Part shown: one piece after another, positions 44,454 to 46,691 of the stretch
Layout: each line of letters starts with the position of its first letter
How positions within the stretch are numbered: the first letter of the stretch is position 1
Assembly (NCBI GenBank): GCA_026387595.1
Contig: JAPLLL010000127.1
Location: 1-46,691 of the forward strand
From: Candidatus Omnitrophota bacterium
GTDB lineage: Bacteria > Omnitrophota > Gorgyraeia > JABMQH01
DNA length: 46,691 nucleotides
Direction: 5' to 3'
The notes under the pieces: model-generated
Seen by the model: the letters and a program-made list of their open reading frames with translations, nothing else
The model's database searches: none
Told to the model about the DNA's origin: nothing
Made by a program: the position numbers and the translations under genes

Positions 44454-45668
44454 CCATGAATACGGCGATGTAGATATCCCGATAGGGCCGCAGCATCCAG
44501 CGCTGAACTTATAACATTAAGAGGGGAAAAGATAACCGCTGTCGGCGTAAAGGTGGGCTACAACCACCGCGGCATAGAAAAGGCATGCGAGGAAAAGACG
44601 TATATCCAGGGCCTATATCTTATAGAAAGGGTATGCGGCATATGTTCCCATGCGCATTCCACGTGCTTTGTGCAGGCGGTTGAGGAAATAGCGGGGCTTG
44701 AAGTGCCCAGGCGCGCAAAATATATACGCACGATCATAGGCGAGATGGAGCGCGTGAACAGCCATCTTCTGTGGCTGGGTGTGGCAGGCCATGAGATAGG
44801 ATTTGACACGCTGCTTATGTATACCTGGCGGGACAGGGAAATAGTAATGGACCTTCTGGCCCTGGTCACGGGCAACAGGGTGAACTACGGCATTAATACG
44901 ATAGGCGGGGTAAGGAGGGATATCGAGCCCGAGCAGATAAAAGCGATCGTGAAAGGGATGGATAAGTTGGAGGAACGCACGAAATATTACATTGACCTGG
45001 CGCGTAAAGAATCAACAATGCTTGAAAGGTTATCCAACGTAGGCAAGCTGTCAAAAGAGGACGCAATAAGGCTCTCAACAGTCGGGCCGACCGGCCGCGC
45101 CTCAGGCGTTGACCGCGATACAAGAAGGGATGATCCTTACGCGGCGTATGATGAGATAAAATTCAATGTTATCACTGATGATCATTGCGATGTCTACGGC
45201 CGCACACTGGTCCGCCTTAAGGAACTTATGGAATCGTATAACATAGTAAGGCAGGGTTTAAAGCAGCTGCCCGAAGGGCCGATCACTGTAAAGGCGCCGC
45301 GAAAGATACCTGCAGGCGAGGCCCTTGGCCGTTATGAAGCGCCAAGGGGCGAGGACGTGCACTATGTAAAATCAAACGGCACTGAAATGCCTGACAGGGT
45401 AAAGATCAGGGCGCCTACGCTGGCGAATGTGCAGGCCGTCGCGCACATGCTTGAGGACGGATATCTTGCCGACCTTCCTATAGTAATAGCGGCTATCGAT
45501 CCGTGTTTTTCATGCACGGACAGGATGATCCAGCTGAAAAATCCACTCACAAGGACCAAAAAGACGGTTGCGTGGGAAGATCTGCGCCTTAAAGGGATCG
45601 AGTGGTACGCTAAAAAGGGCGTGGACTTTTCGCGGCTTAACAGGAAGCTGGAGAATTGCTTAGGATAA
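44446..45668 (+). pseudogene. Group 4 [NiFe] hydrogenase large subunit (NuoD-like), N-terminal region disrupted
   Basis: MHDHEYGDVDIPIGPQHPALNL* (44446-44514) is in one frame. ELITLRGEKITAVGVKVGYNHRGIEK...RVCGICSHAH...DPCFSCTDR is in another. Both Ni-binding CxxC pairs are present. A HycE-like C-terminal extension follows CTDR. Confidence 0.8.
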
Positions 45669-45672
45669 ACGC

Positions 45673-46617
45673 ATGCTGAAAGAGCTGTTCAATATATTGG
45701 TATTCCCGGGCCTGCTGTTCCTTTTTATTTTCGGCATGGCCATTGAATTCGTAGACAGGAAACTATGCGCCAGGCTGCAGAACAGGATCGGGCCTCCGTG
45801 GTACCAGCCCTTGGCGGATTTCATTAAACTGCTTGGGAAAGAAGATGTCGTGCCGCAGGAATCGGATGTTGCGGTTTTTAAACTGGGGCCGGTATTTGCG
45901 CTGGCTGCCGCGGCTACAGCCTTTCTTTATATACCGCTATGGAACAAACAGGCGTTATTTTCGTTCAGCGGGGACATAATCGTCGTGTTTTATCTTTTAA
46001 CCATCCCTACGCTGGTATTTTTCCTTGGCGGGTGGTATTCAAGGTCGGTATTTTCGATGATAGGGGCAGTGCGCACGCTCACGCAGTTCTTTGCCTACGA
46101 GGTGCCGCTGTTCATGTGCATCTTGTCATCCTCGCTTCTTGCGAATACATGGTCACTTAGCGAGATGACTGTTTTCTACCTGGCGCATCCGTGGTGCTGG
46201 CTGTTTACCCTGCCGGGATTTTTTATCGCGCTGATCGCGCTTTTGGGCAAACTGGAAAAAGTGCCGTTTGATATCCCGGAAGCAGAAACAGAGATCGTCG
46301 CAGGCGCGTTTACGGAATACGGCGGAAGGTTCCTGGCATTTCTAAGGACGGTCCTGAACATGGAAATGGTCGTGGGCTCGTCGCTCCTGGCCGCGGTCTT
46401 TTTGCCGTTCGGTTTTGTCCATAACGCGGCGCTCAGTTTCATGATATTCATCGCAAAGATACTGTTCATAACCGCCCTTATCGCTGTGGCGCATTCGGTT
46501 GTGGCGCGGCTGCGGCTGAACCAGATGGTTAGTTTATGCTGGAGGGTTTTCGCGCCGCTTGCGTTTTTACAGGTCCTGATAAGCCTGGTTATAAAAGGAT
46601 TCCTGGTGATGAGATGA
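45673..46617 (+). CDS. NuoH/HycD/MbhM-like membrane subunit
   Basis: EFVDRKLCARLQNRIGPPW and PFDIPEAETEIVAG motifs. Confidence 0.85.
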   Translation: MLKELFNILVFPGLLFLFIFGMAIEFVDRKLCARLQNRIGPPWYQPLADFIKLLGKEDVVPQESDVAVFKLGPVFALAAAATAFLYIPLWNKQALFSFSGDIIVVFYLLTIPTLVFFLGGWYSRSVFSMIGAVRTLTQFFAYEVPLFMCILSSSLLANTWSLSEMTVFYLAHPWCWLFTLPGFFIALIALLGKLEKVPFDIPEAETEIVAGAFTEYGGRFLAFLRTVLNMEMVVGSSLLAAVFLPFGFVHNAALSFMIFIAKILFITALIAVAHSVVARLRLNQMVSLCWRVFAPLAFLQVLISLVIKGFLVMR

Positions 46618-46691
46618 TACGGCCCGGCAAGATCATAAAAGAGGTATTGTACTGGGCGTTTAAAAAACCGGCTACTGTGCGCTATCCATAT
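46614..46691 (+). CDS. NuoI/HycF/MbhN-like 4Fe-4S subunit (5' fragment, runs off the window)
   Basis: The ATG overlaps the upstream stop (ATGA). MIRPGKIIKEVLYWAFKKPATVRYP resembles the N-terminus of this family, but only 26 codons are visible. Confidence 0.45.
   Translation, partial: MIRPGKIIKEVLYWAFKKPATVRYPY

Noticed and set aside
45530-45668. The C-terminal extension of about 47 residues after DPCFSCTDR in the hydrogenase large subunit, considered as a novel feature.
   Set aside because: It resembles the known HycE C-terminal peptide in position and in sequence (basic stretch followed by W/Y-[EK]-[DE]-L-x-[RL]-x-x-I-E), and that peptide is removed by a HycI-type protease. This is expected biology for this subgroup.
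1-46691. CRISPR arrays, rRNA genes and insertion sequences.
   Set aside because: No regularly spaced direct repeats, no rRNA-like sequence and no transposase-like ORFs were seen on either strand.

Overview
This is a compact, almost entirely plus-strand stretch of a diderm bacterial chromosome. Diderm markers are an Omp85-family barrel, beta-barrel proteins ending in Phe, and GspG-like pseudopilins. The source is probably an uncultivated anaerobe, but the lineage cannot be assigned from sequence alone.

Most of the window is recognisable housekeeping:
- tRNA and rRNA modification: ttcA, an RluA-family synthase, cca and mnmG.
- DNA repair: nth.
- A complete biotin operon, bioB-F-H-C plus a bioD-bioA fusion, behind a BirA-like operator.
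- A DUF4912/GH57 glucan pair.
- A purine block: guaA, purS-purL, purQ and purF.
- greA and tRNA-Leu(CAG).
- From about 37.6 kb to the window end, an 11-subunit complex-I-like group 4 [NiFe] hydrogenase operon with three antiporter-like subunits.

The stand-out region is 22.3-27.8 kb, which has its own regulatory region with twin 13-bp palindromes. It holds three co-directional genes and a decayed fourth copy, whose products share a private N-terminal leader: a hydrophobic segment, then GP(R)DE(L/F), then LRPLAxGER. The products are:
- an FHA-only protein;
- a 1073-aa protein combining FHA, a ChaN/Tiki-like domain, an unassigned region and an atypical kinase-like domain;
- a methyltransferase-like protein.
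I cannot match this arrangement to any described system.

Six otherwise well-conserved genes carry reading-frame lesions: the dUTPase-like gene, bioH, GH57, the QueG-like gene, the purS/purL junction and the hydrogenase large subunit. These reflect either assembly or indel errors or real gene decay.

All family assignments come from motif recognition by eye and need profile searches to confirm.
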